Assembly (NCBI GenBank): GCA_002423305.1
Contig: DIVI01000054.1
Coordinates: forward strand, 15,937 to 62,358
DNA: 46,422 bases
Origin: Methylococcus sp. UBA6136
GTDB taxonomy: Bacteria; Pseudomonadota; Gammaproteobacteria; Methylococcales; Methylococcaceae
Direction: 5' to 3'
Shown here: positions 26,151-36,307 of the stretch, one piece after another
How the letters are laid out: every line of letters starts with the position of its first letter
How positions within the stretch are numbered: the stretch's first letter is position 1
The notes under the pieces: model-generated
Database searches by the model: none
Seen by the model: the letters and a program-made list of their open reading frames with translations, nothing else
What the model was told of the DNA's origin: nothing
Program-made: the position numbers and the translations under genes

Positions 26151-28193
26151 ATGTTCAGGAAGCTAACGCTTTTCACCCTTTTGATTGCGCTCTGTGTTGT
26201 GCTGATGGGCGCTTACGTGCGGATTTCCGACGCAGGTCTCGGTTGCCCTGACTGGCCTGGCTGCTATGGAAAGCTGATCGTCGATCCTGCTGCAGCAGGC
26301 GGCCACGCAGCGGCGGGTAACTTCGATGCGTCCAAGGCCTGGAAAGAGATGACCCACCGCTACCTGGCGGGTGGATTGGGTGTGCTGGTCCTGTTGCTTG
26401 TCGCACTTTCGTTCCGAGTGCATGAACGGCGAAATCGTGTGATCGGTTGGAGTGTTGGTGCGCTGCTCCTCATCATTTTTCAGGCTCTCCTTGGCATGTG
26501 GGCGGTCAAATACAAGGTTATGCCGATGGTGGTCACGGCCCATCTGATGGCCGGGTTCATCACTCTTTGGCTGCTGTATCGACTTTATATGCTCACGGGT
26601 CCCCAATCTGCGCCGACGGAAAAGGTGACCGGCTTGCTCTGGTTGAGCCGGTTGGGCTTGCTCCTGGTCCTGATGCAAACGGCCCTTGGCGGTTGGGTAT
26701 CCTCCAATTATACGGCTCTGTCATGTCCGGACTTTCCGACGTGCCTTGGAAGCTGGATGCCGGAAATGGATTTCTCTTCGATTGTTTCTGGCATTGTCCA
26801 TCCTGAAAATTATCAGGGCAGCCTGTTACCGCCAGCAGCCCGAGTGGGTATTCACTACCTGCACCGCTTGGGCGCCGTGCTGACGTTCCTGGTTCTTACC
26901 GCGCTCGCGATGGGGGTGACCTCCAATCGCAAGGTGCCGCGACTCAGCAAGCCGGGCTTGTTGCTGAGCTTTCTTTTGCTGGTGCAGATTGGCCTTGGGA
27001 TGGCGTTAGTCTTGCTGCGTCTGCCGGTCGCGATCGCGGTCGCCCATCATGCCGTCGCCGCGCTTCTGTTGTTGCTGGTGGCCCATCTTCATTATTTCCT
27101 GGGGTTGACCGTTCGTCGGGCCGACAAGGTTGTCAGCCCCGCTGAATTCGTTGAGTCGCCCGCCCAGCTGGAAGCCATCCCGCCGGTGACCCTGCCTCCG
27201 CTCACCTTTCCCGAGGTGGCTCCGGAGCCTGTTTCACAAAAGCCGGAAGCCAAGGTGCCCTCGGCCGAAGGGCTTTTTGTCAGGCTCAAGAGTCAGTTAG
27301 GCAAAACCCGGGGGGGGCTGACGGGCTTCCTTGGCACTCTGGCGCTGGGTAAGAAAACTATAGACCGTGAGTTTCTGGATGATCTGGAAGCCCAATTGCT
27401 GACGGCGGATATTGGCGTCACCGCTACCCAGGACATCATCGAACATCTGACCGAAAGCCTGGAGCGCCATGAGCTCGCCGATATTGATGTGGTCAAGGAT
27501 CGGCTCCGCACCTATCTGCATGAAATGATCGCCCCGGTGAGCAGGCCGTTGGTGATCGCTGATGAAACCCGGCCCTTCGTAATCCTGGTCGTGGGTGTCA
27601 ACGGGGTGGGCAAGACCACGACCATCGGCAAGCTGGCCAAACGGCTGCAGAACCAGGGCCATAGCGTGATGCTGGCTGCGGGAGATACGTTCCGCGCGGC
27701 AGCTGTCGAGCAGTTGCAGACCTGGGGTGAGCGCAATCAGGTTCTGGTCATTGCCCAGCATACCGGCGCAGATTCAGCTTCGGTCATCTTTGATGCCCTG
27801 CAGGCGGCGCAGGCGCGAGGTATTGACGTTCTGATCGCCGATACGGCCGGACGGTTGCATAACAAATCCAACCTCATGGAGGAGCTCAGCAAGATCAAGC
27901 GCATCATGGCGCGGCTGGATGAGTCGGCCCCACACGAAGTCCTGTTGGTGCTTGATGCGGGTACGGGACAGAATGCCATCAATCAGGCCCGACAGTTTGG
28001 AGAAGCCGTGGGGCTGACCGGCATTGCGCTGACCAAGCTGGATGGCACGGCCAAGGGAGGCATCATTTTTGCCCTCGGCAAGCAGTTCGGAATACCCATC
28101 CGCTTCATTGGCTTAGGGGAGGGCATTGATGATCTCCAGGATTTCAATGCCGAGCAATTTATTGATGCCCTGTTTACGGATTCCGGGGTCTGA
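26151..28193 (+). CDS. Heme A synthase (CtaA/COX15) fused in frame to signal-recognition-particle receptor FtsY
   Basis: This is one ORF with no stop. The N-terminal half is polytopic COX15 (GAYVRISDAGLGCPDWPGC, EMTHRYLAG, ALSCPDFPTC, His-containing helices). A Pro/Glu/Ala linker spans 27111-27269. A complete FtsY NG domain follows (LFVRLKSQLGKTRGGL, GVNGVGKTTT, DTAGR, TKLD). I chose the ATG at 26151 over the GTG at 26106. Confidence 0.85.
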   Translation: MFRKLTLFTLLIALCVVLMGAYVRISDAGLGCPDWPGCYGKLIVDPAAAGGHAAAGNFDASKAWKEMTHRYLAGGLGVLVLLLVALSFRVHERRNRVIGWSVGALLLIIFQALLGMWAVKYKVMPMVVTAHLMAGFITLWLLYRLYMLTGPQSAPTEKVTGLLWLSRLGLLLVLMQTALGGWVSSNYTALSCPDFPTCLGSWMPEMDFSSIVSGIVHPENYQGSLLPPAARVGIHYLHRLGAVLTFLVLTALAMGVTSNRKVPRLSKPGLLLSFLLLVQIGLGMALVLLRLPVAIAVAHHAVAALLLLLVAHLHYFLGLTVRRADKVVSPAEFVESPAQLEAIPPVTLPPLTFPEVAPEPVSQKPEAKVPSAEGLFVRLKSQLGKTRGGLTGFLGTLALGKKTIDREFLDDLEAQLLTADIGVTATQDIIEHLTESLERHELADIDVVKDRLRTYLHEMIAPVSRPLVIADETRPFVILVVGVNGVGKTTTIGKLAKRLQNQGHSVMLAAGDTFRAAAVEQLQTWGERNQVLVIAQHTGADSASVIFDALQAAQARGIDVLIADTAGRLHNKSNLMEELSKIKRIMARLDESAPHEVLLVLDAGTGQNAINQARQFGEAVGLTGIALTKLDGTAKGGIIFALGKQFGIPIRFIGLGEGIDDLQDFNAEQFIDALFTDSGV

Positions 28194-28500
28194 AATGGGC
28201 GGTGCCGGGTATGTCGCAAATGCTGCTATGGCTCCGGCGATTTCTGTGGTGACTGGCGCCGATTCTGGCCTGATGGGCCGCATCCGCCATGGGTGGCGAA
28301 AGTTTACTGGGGAGCATCGCTGCCTTGGGGAGTGCATTCCAGTATGGCCAGCGCGTTTATGCCGGTGGTCTTGCAGTATGTCCAGGCTTAGGTTGGTGCC
28401 GCAACGGCCGGCCTTTTGAAAGCCACCCTGCTCTGGTCGGGTGACATTGAGGCACTGGATAAACAGCGTCTCAACCTGTCATCCGTCACTTCTCGAGGTT

Positions 28501-29817
28501 TCAGAACCTGGCAGTATTTTCCAGATGAGTGGTCAACATCCGCGCCAGCGATAACTGATCCATCACGCCGGCGCTTTCCCGGGCACTGTGCATCGCCCAC
28601 ATCGGGGCACCGCAATCCATTGTCCTCATGCCCAGGCGGGCCGCGCTCATTGGTCCAATGGTCGAGCCGCATCCCAAATCGCTACGATGTACATAGGTCT
28701 GACTGGGAACGCCCGCCTGACGGCACAACTCCGCAAACCAGGCTTCCGTGAATCCGTCGGTGGCATAGCGCTGATTGCTGTTGATTTTCACGGCGGGTCC
28801 CTGGTTGAGCCGGATGGCGTGGCAGGATTCGTAGGCATTCGGAAAATTGGGGTGAAAGGCATGGGCGGCATCTGCGCTGATCATCAGGCTGTGGGCCAGA
28901 CCACGCTGATATTCGCTCCGCTCCTCTCCGCGACTCTGGGTGATGCGCTCCAGAATGTCCGAGAGAAAGCTGCCATCGGCGCCCTTGTGACTTTCGCTGC
29001 CGATTTCCTCATGATCAAAAAAGGCACAAACCGAGGTATGCGGTGCAGGCTTTGCGTCCAGCAACGCGCAAAGACCGGCGTGGCATGAAGAAAGATTGTC
29101 GATCTGGCTATCTGCCAGAAACTCGCCGGCCGCTCCCCAGAACGCGCCTTTCTGGGTATCGTAGACGTTGAATTCAAAGCTTAAAATGTTCCCCGCCGGG
29201 CAATCGGCTTGTTTGGCGAGCAGAGCACGGAATTGCTGTGCCGGAGGCAGTTCATTTTGCAATTGGCCGAGAATCAGCGGTAGTTCCGTTTGCTTGTTGA
29301 GCTTCAATCCTTCGTCGTTGACCTTGCGGTTCATGTGGATCGCCAGATTCGGCAATCGGGCCAGTGCCTGTTCAAATCGGATCAGCCGGCTTTCGACCCC
29401 ATCCTTGCCGCGCAGGTGCAATTGACCCGCGAGACTGAGATCCCGATCGGTAAAAGTCGCGAGAATGGGCCCCCCGTAAGGCTCGACCCCCAGTCTCGTA
29501 AGCTGTTCGCTGCCATATGCGGCCTTCGGTTTGAGCCTCAGGCCGGGTGAATCCGTATGGGCGCCGATGATGCGAAAGCCGCTGTCGGCCGTAGCCTTCT
29601 CACCGACTTGGAAGGCGATCAGTGACGAGTCGCCACGGATGACGTAATGGCGATCGCCGGAACTAAGTCGCCAGAGTTTCCGTTCATCCAGGCGGGTGTA
29701 GCCATCGACGCGCAGCCGCTGTTCGAGGGTCGCCACGGCATGCCAGGGGCTGGGGCTGGCATCAATGAAATCGAGCAGGTCCTGGGCGTGCTGCTGGTGT
29801 TCTGGGGTGATCTGCAT
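28501..29817 (-). CDS. apeB: M18-family aminopeptidase (aspartyl aminopeptidase-like)
   Basis: The 438-aa ORF reads FIDASPSPWHAV...IIGAHTDSPGLRLKP...FFDHEEIGS...ISADAAHAFHPN...GSTIGP. These are M18 metal-ligand regions. Confidence 0.9.
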   Translation of the reverse strand: MQITPEHQQHAQDLLDFIDASPSPWHAVATLEQRLRVDGYTRLDERKLWRLSSGDRHYVIRGDSSLIAFQVGEKATADSGFRIIGAHTDSPGLRLKPKAAYGSEQLTRLGVEPYGGPILATFTDRDLSLAGQLHLRGKDGVESRLIRFEQALARLPNLAIHMNRKVNDEGLKLNKQTELPLILGQLQNELPPAQQFRALLAKQADCPAGNILSFEFNVYDTQKGAFWGAAGEFLADSQIDNLSSCHAGLCALLDAKPAPHTSVCAFFDHEEIGSESHKGADGSFLSDILERITQSRGEERSEYQRGLAHSLMISADAAHAFHPNFPNAYESCHAIRLNQGPAVKINSNQRYATDGFTEAWFAELCRQAGVPSQTYVHRSDLGCGSTIGPMSAARLGMRTMDCGAPMWAMHSARESAGVMDQLSLARMLTTHLENTARF

Positions 29818-30002
29818 GGCGGGGACGTTTCAATATGGATGAACACAGGGGCCGGAGTGCATCGCGTCGGTGTTATGGAGGCCTTGCTCCAGTTTAGCCG
29901 ATCGCTCGTCTTTGGTGAAAAGGCTGGGTGGCACATGGGGCCAGCAATTCTGGGATAATCACCCCATGACTTCCCCCCGCAGCTTCCGTTGATTCTCTGA
30001 CC

Positions 30003-30629
30003 ATGACCGAGAAGGTTTCCCTGCTGCATGCCCGTGATTTGAGCTGTTATCGAGGCGAGGTCTGTCTTTTCGAAAATCTGGGTTTCGAATTGAGCGCCGG
30101 GGAAGCCCTGCAAGTCGAGGGAGCCAATGGCGCCGGCAAGACCAGCCTGTTGCGCATCATTGCGGGCATGACCCCTCCGGACGAAGGTGATGTGCTGTGG
30201 CGTGGGGAATCCATCCAGGATCGCCGTTCCGATTTCAATGCTCAACTGGCTTATCTGGGCCACCATCTCGGGCTCAAGCATGAGCTGACGGTCGAGGAAA
30301 ATCTGCGCGCATCCGTCGTGATTCAGGGCGCGGCCGATTCGCTTGGCCGCTTGACGGATATCCTGCGGCAGGTCGGATTATCCGAGCGGGCAGATTTGCC
30401 GGTGAGGGTGTTGTCAGCGGGACAGAAGCAGCGGGTTGCACTGGCGCGGATGCTCTTGATCGGTGCAGTGCTGTGGGTACTGGATGAGCCCTTCACAGCT
30501 CTGGATGCAGGCGGAATTGGGCTGATCAGTGACTTGGTGGGGCATCATCTTGATCGCGGCGGGCTGGCTGTCATGACTTCCCATCAGGCCATTCCGTTGG
30601 GTTCACGTCTCCGCCGGCTCGAATTGTGA
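30003..30629 (+). CDS. ccmA: Cytochrome c maturation heme exporter ATP-binding subunit
   Basis: It has Walker A GANGAGKTSLLR, signature LSAGQKQRVALA and Walker B VLDEPFTALD. It is immediately followed by ccmB and ccmC. Confidence 0.9.
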   Translation: MTEKVSLLHARDLSCYRGEVCLFENLGFELSAGEALQVEGANGAGKTSLLRIIAGMTPPDEGDVLWRGESIQDRRSDFNAQLAYLGHHLGLKHELTVEENLRASVVIQGAADSLGRLTDILRQVGLSERADLPVRVLSAGQKQRVALARMLLIGAVLWVLDEPFTALDAGGIGLISDLVGHHLDRGGLAVMTSHQAIPLGSRLRRLEL

Positions 30630-31306
30630 TGTCATCGGGCTGGCAGGCTTTCATCGCGCTGGTCAAACGGGATTTATTGCTGGCGTTCCGGCACCGTGGG
30701 GAGCTGCTCAATCCGCTGCTGTTTTTCATGATGGTGGTGACGCTTTTTCCGCTGGGTGTCAGTCCGGAGTCTTCGCTGTTGCGAACGATGGCGCCCGGAG
30801 TCATCTGGATCGCGGCGCTCCTGGCTGGGTTGTTCTCGCTGGAGAGCATTTTCCGTTCCGATTTTGACGATGGCGCGCTCGAGCAGATGGTGCTGAGCCC
30901 GCATCCCTTGTCCCTGCTGGTGCTGGCCAAGGTGCTGGCGCATTGGCTGGTGACGGGCCTGCCGATGCTGCTGATGGCGCCCTTGCTGGGGATGTTCCTG
31001 TCGTTGCCCGCTCCCGGTTTGGTCGCAATGGAACTGACCCTGCTGATCGGTACGCCCTTGCTCAGTCTCGTGGGGTCGATTGGCGTCGCGCTGACCGTGG
31101 GTCTTCGACGCGGTGGGGTATTGCTGACCCTGCTGGTCTTACCTCTGTATATCCCCGTATTGATTTTTTCCACCAATGCCGTGTCGGTAGCTGTGGCGGG
31201 CCTACCCATCGACGGGCAGGTTTATTTCCTGTTGGCCTTGCTGGCCCTGGCCATTACCCTGGCGCCGTTTGCCACTGCGGCGGCGTTGCGCATCAGTTTG
31301 AGTTGA
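30626..31306 (+). CDS. ccmB: Heme exporter permease CcmB
   Basis: The start overlaps the ccmA stop (GTGATG). It is a six-TM protein with FRSDFDDGALEQM, the CcmB hallmark region. Confidence 0.92.
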   Translation: MMSSGWQAFIALVKRDLLLAFRHRGELLNPLLFFMMVVTLFPLGVSPESSLLRTMAPGVIWIAALLAGLFSLESIFRSDFDDGALEQMVLSPHPLSLLVLAKVLAHWLVTGLPMLLMAPLLGMFLSLPAPGLVAMELTLLIGTPLLSLVGSIGVALTVGLRRGGVLLTLLVLPLYIPVLIFSTNAVSVAVAGLPIDGQVYFLLALLALAITLAPFATAAALRISLS

Positions 31307-31310
31307 ATCT

Positions 31311-32057
31311 ATGTGGAATATGATCTGGCTGTTTTTTCATAAACTGGCCTCGCCCAAGCACTTCTATCGAATCAGCGGACTATTGATTCCCTGGCTCGCC
31401 GCCATTACGGCCATCCTGCTGGTGCTGGGGCTCTATCTGGGGCTATTCGTGGCGCCGCCGGATTATCAGCAGGGAGAAAGCTATCGCATCATTTTCGTCC
31501 ATGTGCCCAGCGCCTGGATGTCGATGTTCATTTACACCTTCATGGCCGTACTGAGCGCGATCTACCTGATCTGGAATATCAAGCTGGCCGATGTCATGGC
31601 CCGGAGTTCCGCCGTACTGGGTGCGTCATTCACCTTGCTGGCCCTGGCGACGGGATCTCTCTGGGGCAAGCCGATGTGGGGCGCCTGGTGGGTATGGGAT
31701 GCCCGACTGACCTCGGAATTGATCCTGCTGTTTCTTTACATGGGCTACATCGCGCTGGTGATGGCGATTGAGGATGTCCGCACTGCGGCGAGAGCAGGGG
31801 CAGTGCTGATTCTGGTCGGTGTGGTGAACATTCCCATCATCCATTACTCGGTGGAATGGTGGAATACCCTGCATCAGGGACCTACGGTCACCAAACTAGA
31901 CAAGCCCTCGATTCACCTCAGCATGCTGGTGCCGTTGCTGTTGATGGCGGGCGCATTCCAGTTTTACTACTTCACTGTCGTGCTGATGAGGGCGCGTGCT
32001 GAATTGCTCGACCGCGAGCGGCGCAGCGAATGGGTCAGGGAGCTGATGGGCCGGTAA
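31311..32057 (+). CDS. ccmC: Heme lyase/chaperone-loading protein CcmC
   Basis: It carries the WWD tryptophan-rich motif (WGKPMWGAWWVWDARLTSE) and flanking His residues. It starts 4 nt after ccmB. Confidence 0.93.
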   Translation: MWNMIWLFFHKLASPKHFYRISGLLIPWLAAITAILLVLGLYLGLFVAPPDYQQGESYRIIFVHVPSAWMSMFIYTFMAVLSAIYLIWNIKLADVMARSSAVLGASFTLLALATGSLWGKPMWGAWWVWDARLTSELILLFLYMGYIALVMAIEDVRTAARAGAVLILVGVVNIPIIHYSVEWWNTLHQGPTVTKLDKPSIHLSMLVPLLLMAGAFQFYYFTVVLMRARAELLDRERRSEWVRELMGR

Positions 32058-32107
32058 GCGGGTTTGGCCTTGTGATCTGCTGGCTATTGCTTGTTTTCGC
32101 AAGGCAC

Positions 32108-32144
32108 AAAAAAACCCGACAGGCGATCCCGTCGGGTTTCTTTT
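32108..32144. terminator. Bidirectional Rho-independent terminator between ccmC and the Lpp-like gene
   Basis: AAAAAAACCCGAC aggcgatccc GTCGGGTTTCTTTT has an A-run upstream and a T-run downstream. It can therefore terminate both convergent transcripts. Confidence 0.8.
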
Positions 32145-32166
32145 AAAATTTTCGCAGAGCGAAAAC

Positions 32167-32424
32167 TTATTTCATGGCGCCCTTGCGGAAGCCACGGTCC
32201 AGCTTGGCATTGACTTCTTCAGCAGCGGCAGCAGCGCGGCGAGCAGCAGCGTCAGCGCTGGTAGCAGCAGACAGTGCTTCGTCAGCAGTGCTCTTTACAG
32301 AAGAGATCTCAGCCTTCAGGCCATCGACCTGAGTCTGGAGAGCGCTCAGGTCGCTTTTGCTGGCGCAGCCAACGGTGAGGCCAGCAGACAGTAGAACGAT
32401 GGACAGCTTGGTTGCATTCATCAT
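32167..32424 (-). CDS. Braun/OprI-type major outer-membrane lipoprotein (alanine-zipper, C-terminal Lys)
   Basis: It has a lipobox LTVGC, an Ala-rich heptad coiled coil (QTQVDGLKAEISSVKSTADEALSAA...AAAAEEVNAKLD), a terminal Lys as in Lpp/OprI, and a strong AAGGAA RBS. Confidence 0.8.
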   Translation of the reverse strand: MMNATKLSIVLLSAGLTVGCASKSDLSALQTQVDGLKAEISSVKSTADEALSAATSADAAARRAAAAAEEVNAKLDRGFRKGAMK

Positions 32425-32672
32425 TGTAAATTTCCTTCTTATGATGCGGTCGTTTTAAGAAAGCATCTGCACCTAAGATTAAGCACGGACGCCGCTCAGG
32501 TTTAAGTTTGCCGGGAATTCGCCAAACTTTCCAGTATTATTTTTACACAATTTGTTGCAATGTCACCAGTTTTTCGTGCTCTTGAGACGATTTGCCCGAA
32601 CTCACCTTGATTGGCCCACGTCCTGATCATCGCCAAAGTGCCGTTTCGCCAATTCGGAGACCTCGCTGATAG

Positions 32673-34361
<1,689 letters not shown>

Positions 34362-34523
34362 AGTTTGCTGGATAAATGTGCGGTGGTTGGCTGGGCAGGA
34401 GCGACGCGTAAACCCATCACCCCCTCGCCGGGTTTCCGCTATCGCTGCTACCCAGCCCACGGGCTACGGGCTGTCTGAACTTGGAGCTCTCTACTTGTTC
34501 TGCGAATACGCCGTGATGTCACC

Positions 34524-35300
34524 TCATTTGGCAGGCAGCCGCTTGGCCAACTGAGCGTACTGCTGCAGGCTAAGGGTCTCGGCGCGGGCTGTGGGGTCAA
34601 TGCCGGCGTCCATGAGCTGAGCTTCATCAAATAGGCTCTTTAACGCATTCCGCAGCGTCTTGCGGCGTTGGGAAAAGGCAGTGGCCACGACCTTGCCAAG
34701 TGCGGCGGGGCTGGCGTCCACGGGAGGTTCTGCGTGCGGAATCAGTCGCACGATGGCGGATGTCACCTTGGGCGGTGGATAAAAGCTTTCGGGGTAAACC
34801 TCGAAGAGTTTTTCGGCCCGGCAGTAGTATTGGGCCATGATTCCCAGTCGGCCATAGTCCGCATCGCCCGCCTCGGCGCACAGTCGATCGATCACTTCCT
34901 TCTGCAACATGAAATGCATGTCTTCGATGATCCCGGTGTGGGCGAAGAGATGAAACAGCAGGGGCGTGGAGATGTTGTAGGGGAGGTTGCCGACGATGCG
35001 CTGCTTTTCTCCGTGGGTGAGGGTGTGAAAATCGAATTTCAGTGCATCGGCCTGATGCAGATTGAACTGCGGTGAATTTTCAAAGCGGCGCTTGAGGATG
35101 GTGGCCAGATCGCGGTCGATTTCGACGGCGTCCAGGGGAATCCCGCTTTTCAGGAAGGCGGCCGTCATCGCGCCTTCGCCGGGGCCGATTTCGACCAGAT
35201 GGTCCCCTGCACGGGGGTTCACTGCCGCAACGATGCGGTGCACCACGGTATCGTCGCGGAGGAAATTCTGGCCAAAGCGCTTACGCGGGGTGTGATTCAT
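34524..35300 (-). CDS. rsmA: 16S rRNA (adenine1518/1519-N6)-dimethyltransferase
   Basis: It reads PRKRFGQNFL..., has the SAM motif VEIGPGEGAMT and the NLPYNISTP motif, and sits in the classical position after pdxA. Confidence 0.95.
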   Translation of the reverse strand: MNHTPRKRFGQNFLRDDTVVHRIVAAVNPRAGDHLVEIGPGEGAMTAAFLKSGIPLDAVEIDRDLATILKRRFENSPQFNLHQADALKFDFHTLTHGEKQRIVGNLPYNISTPLLFHLFAHTGIIEDMHFMLQKEVIDRLCAEAGDADYGRLGIMAQYYCRAEKLFEVYPESFYPPPKVTSAIVRLIPHAEPPVDASPAALGKVVATAFSQRRKTLRNALKSLFDEAQLMDAGIDPTARAETLSLQQYAQLAKRLPAK

Positions 35301-35320
35301 TAGGGCAGTTTCAAGTGTGT

Positions 35321-36307
35321 TCAGTGTCGCGAGCGGCGAACCAGGTCGATGGCGGCGTCGATGGCAGCCAGCAGGCTGCCAGGGTCGGCTTTTCCCGTTC
35401 CCGCCAGTTCCAGTGCGGTGCCGTGATCGACCGAGGTGCGGATGATGGGCAGGCCGAGGGTGATGTTGACCGCTCGACCAAAGCCCAGATGCTTGAGAAC
35501 CGGGAGACCCTGGTCGTGATACATCGCCAGCACGGCATCCGCCTCGGCCAGCATGGGCGGCAGAAACAGGGTATCGGCCGGCAGCGGTCCGACGAGGTTC
35601 AAGCCTTCTTGCCGCAGGACGTCCAGAGTTGGGGCTATGACCTCGATTTCCTCCCGGCCAAGATATCCGCTCTCGCCGGCGTGAGGGTTCAACCCGGCCA
35701 CCAGGATGCGTGGGTGGGGGATGCTGAAGCGCTTAACCAGGTCGTGATGCAGGATGCGCAGGGTCTTCTTAAGGCGCTCAGGCGTGATGCTCTGACTGAC
35801 CTGGGTAAGGGGCAGGTGGGTGGTGGTCAACGCAACACGCAGCCCCGGCGCCGTCAGTAGCATGACGGGTTCTCCGCCCGTCAGGCCCGCAATGTATTCG
35901 GTGTGACCGGAGAAGGGGATGCCGGCCTGATTGATGCTGGCCTTGTTGATGGGGGCGGTCACCATGGCATCGAACTGTCCCGCAAGGCAGGCCTCAGTCG
36001 CGGCACGGAGGGTCTTCAGGACGTAATCCGCGTTGACGCAAGACAGGTGCCCGGAAGTGGTGTCTGCAGCCGCGGCCACGGGCCAGACATGAAGGCGCCC
36101 CGGCGAGTGGGGCAAGGCCTTGGCCGAGTCTGGGTACCAGGTCACCAGTTCGATGTCCAGGCCGAGCTCCTCTGCCCGGCGGGATAGCAGGTCAGGGTCG
36201 CCCGCGATCACCAGCTCGCAGAAGAGACTTTGACTTGCGACCTGAAGGCACAGGTCAGGCCCAATCCCCGCTGGCTCTCCCGTGGTCAAAACCAGCCGGG
36301 GGATCAT
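35321..36307 (-). CDS. pdxA: 4-hydroxythreonine-4-phosphate dehydrogenase
   Basis: It reads LTTGEPAGIGPDL...FSGHTEY...GLNPHAGE...AMYHDQGL...SVDHGTA. Its ATG overlaps the surA stop. Confidence 0.95.
   Translation of the reverse strand: MIPRLVLTTGEPAGIGPDLCLQVASQSLFCELVIAGDPDLLSRRAEELGLDIELVTWYPDSAKALPHSPGRLHVWPVAAAADTTSGHLSCVNADYVLKTLRAATEACLAGQFDAMVTAPINKASINQAGIPFSGHTEYIAGLTGGEPVMLLTAPGLRVALTTTHLPLTQVSQSITPERLKKTLRILHHDLVKRFSIPHPRILVAGLNPHAGESGYLGREEIEVIAPTLDVLRQEGLNLVGPLPADTLFLPPMLAEADAVLAMYHDQGLPVLKHLGFGRAVNITLGLPIIRTSVDHGTALELAGTGKADPGSLLAAIDAAIDLVRRSRH

Noticed and set aside
32030-32146. 38-aa ORF considered as a possible ccmD.
   Set aside because: It lacks the aromatic CcmD motif and overlaps ccmC by 28 nt rather than the usual 1-4 nt. 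Its last 13 codons are the bidirectional terminator hairpin. I kept it only as a note within the ccm finding.
34362-34523. Overlapping short inverted repeats (CAGCCC...GGGCTG, AGCCC..GGGCT) between convergent pgm and rsmA, considered as a REP-like element or terminator.
   Set aside because: The stems are only 5-6 bp with no U-tract, and no second copy occurs elsewhere in the window to support a repeat family.
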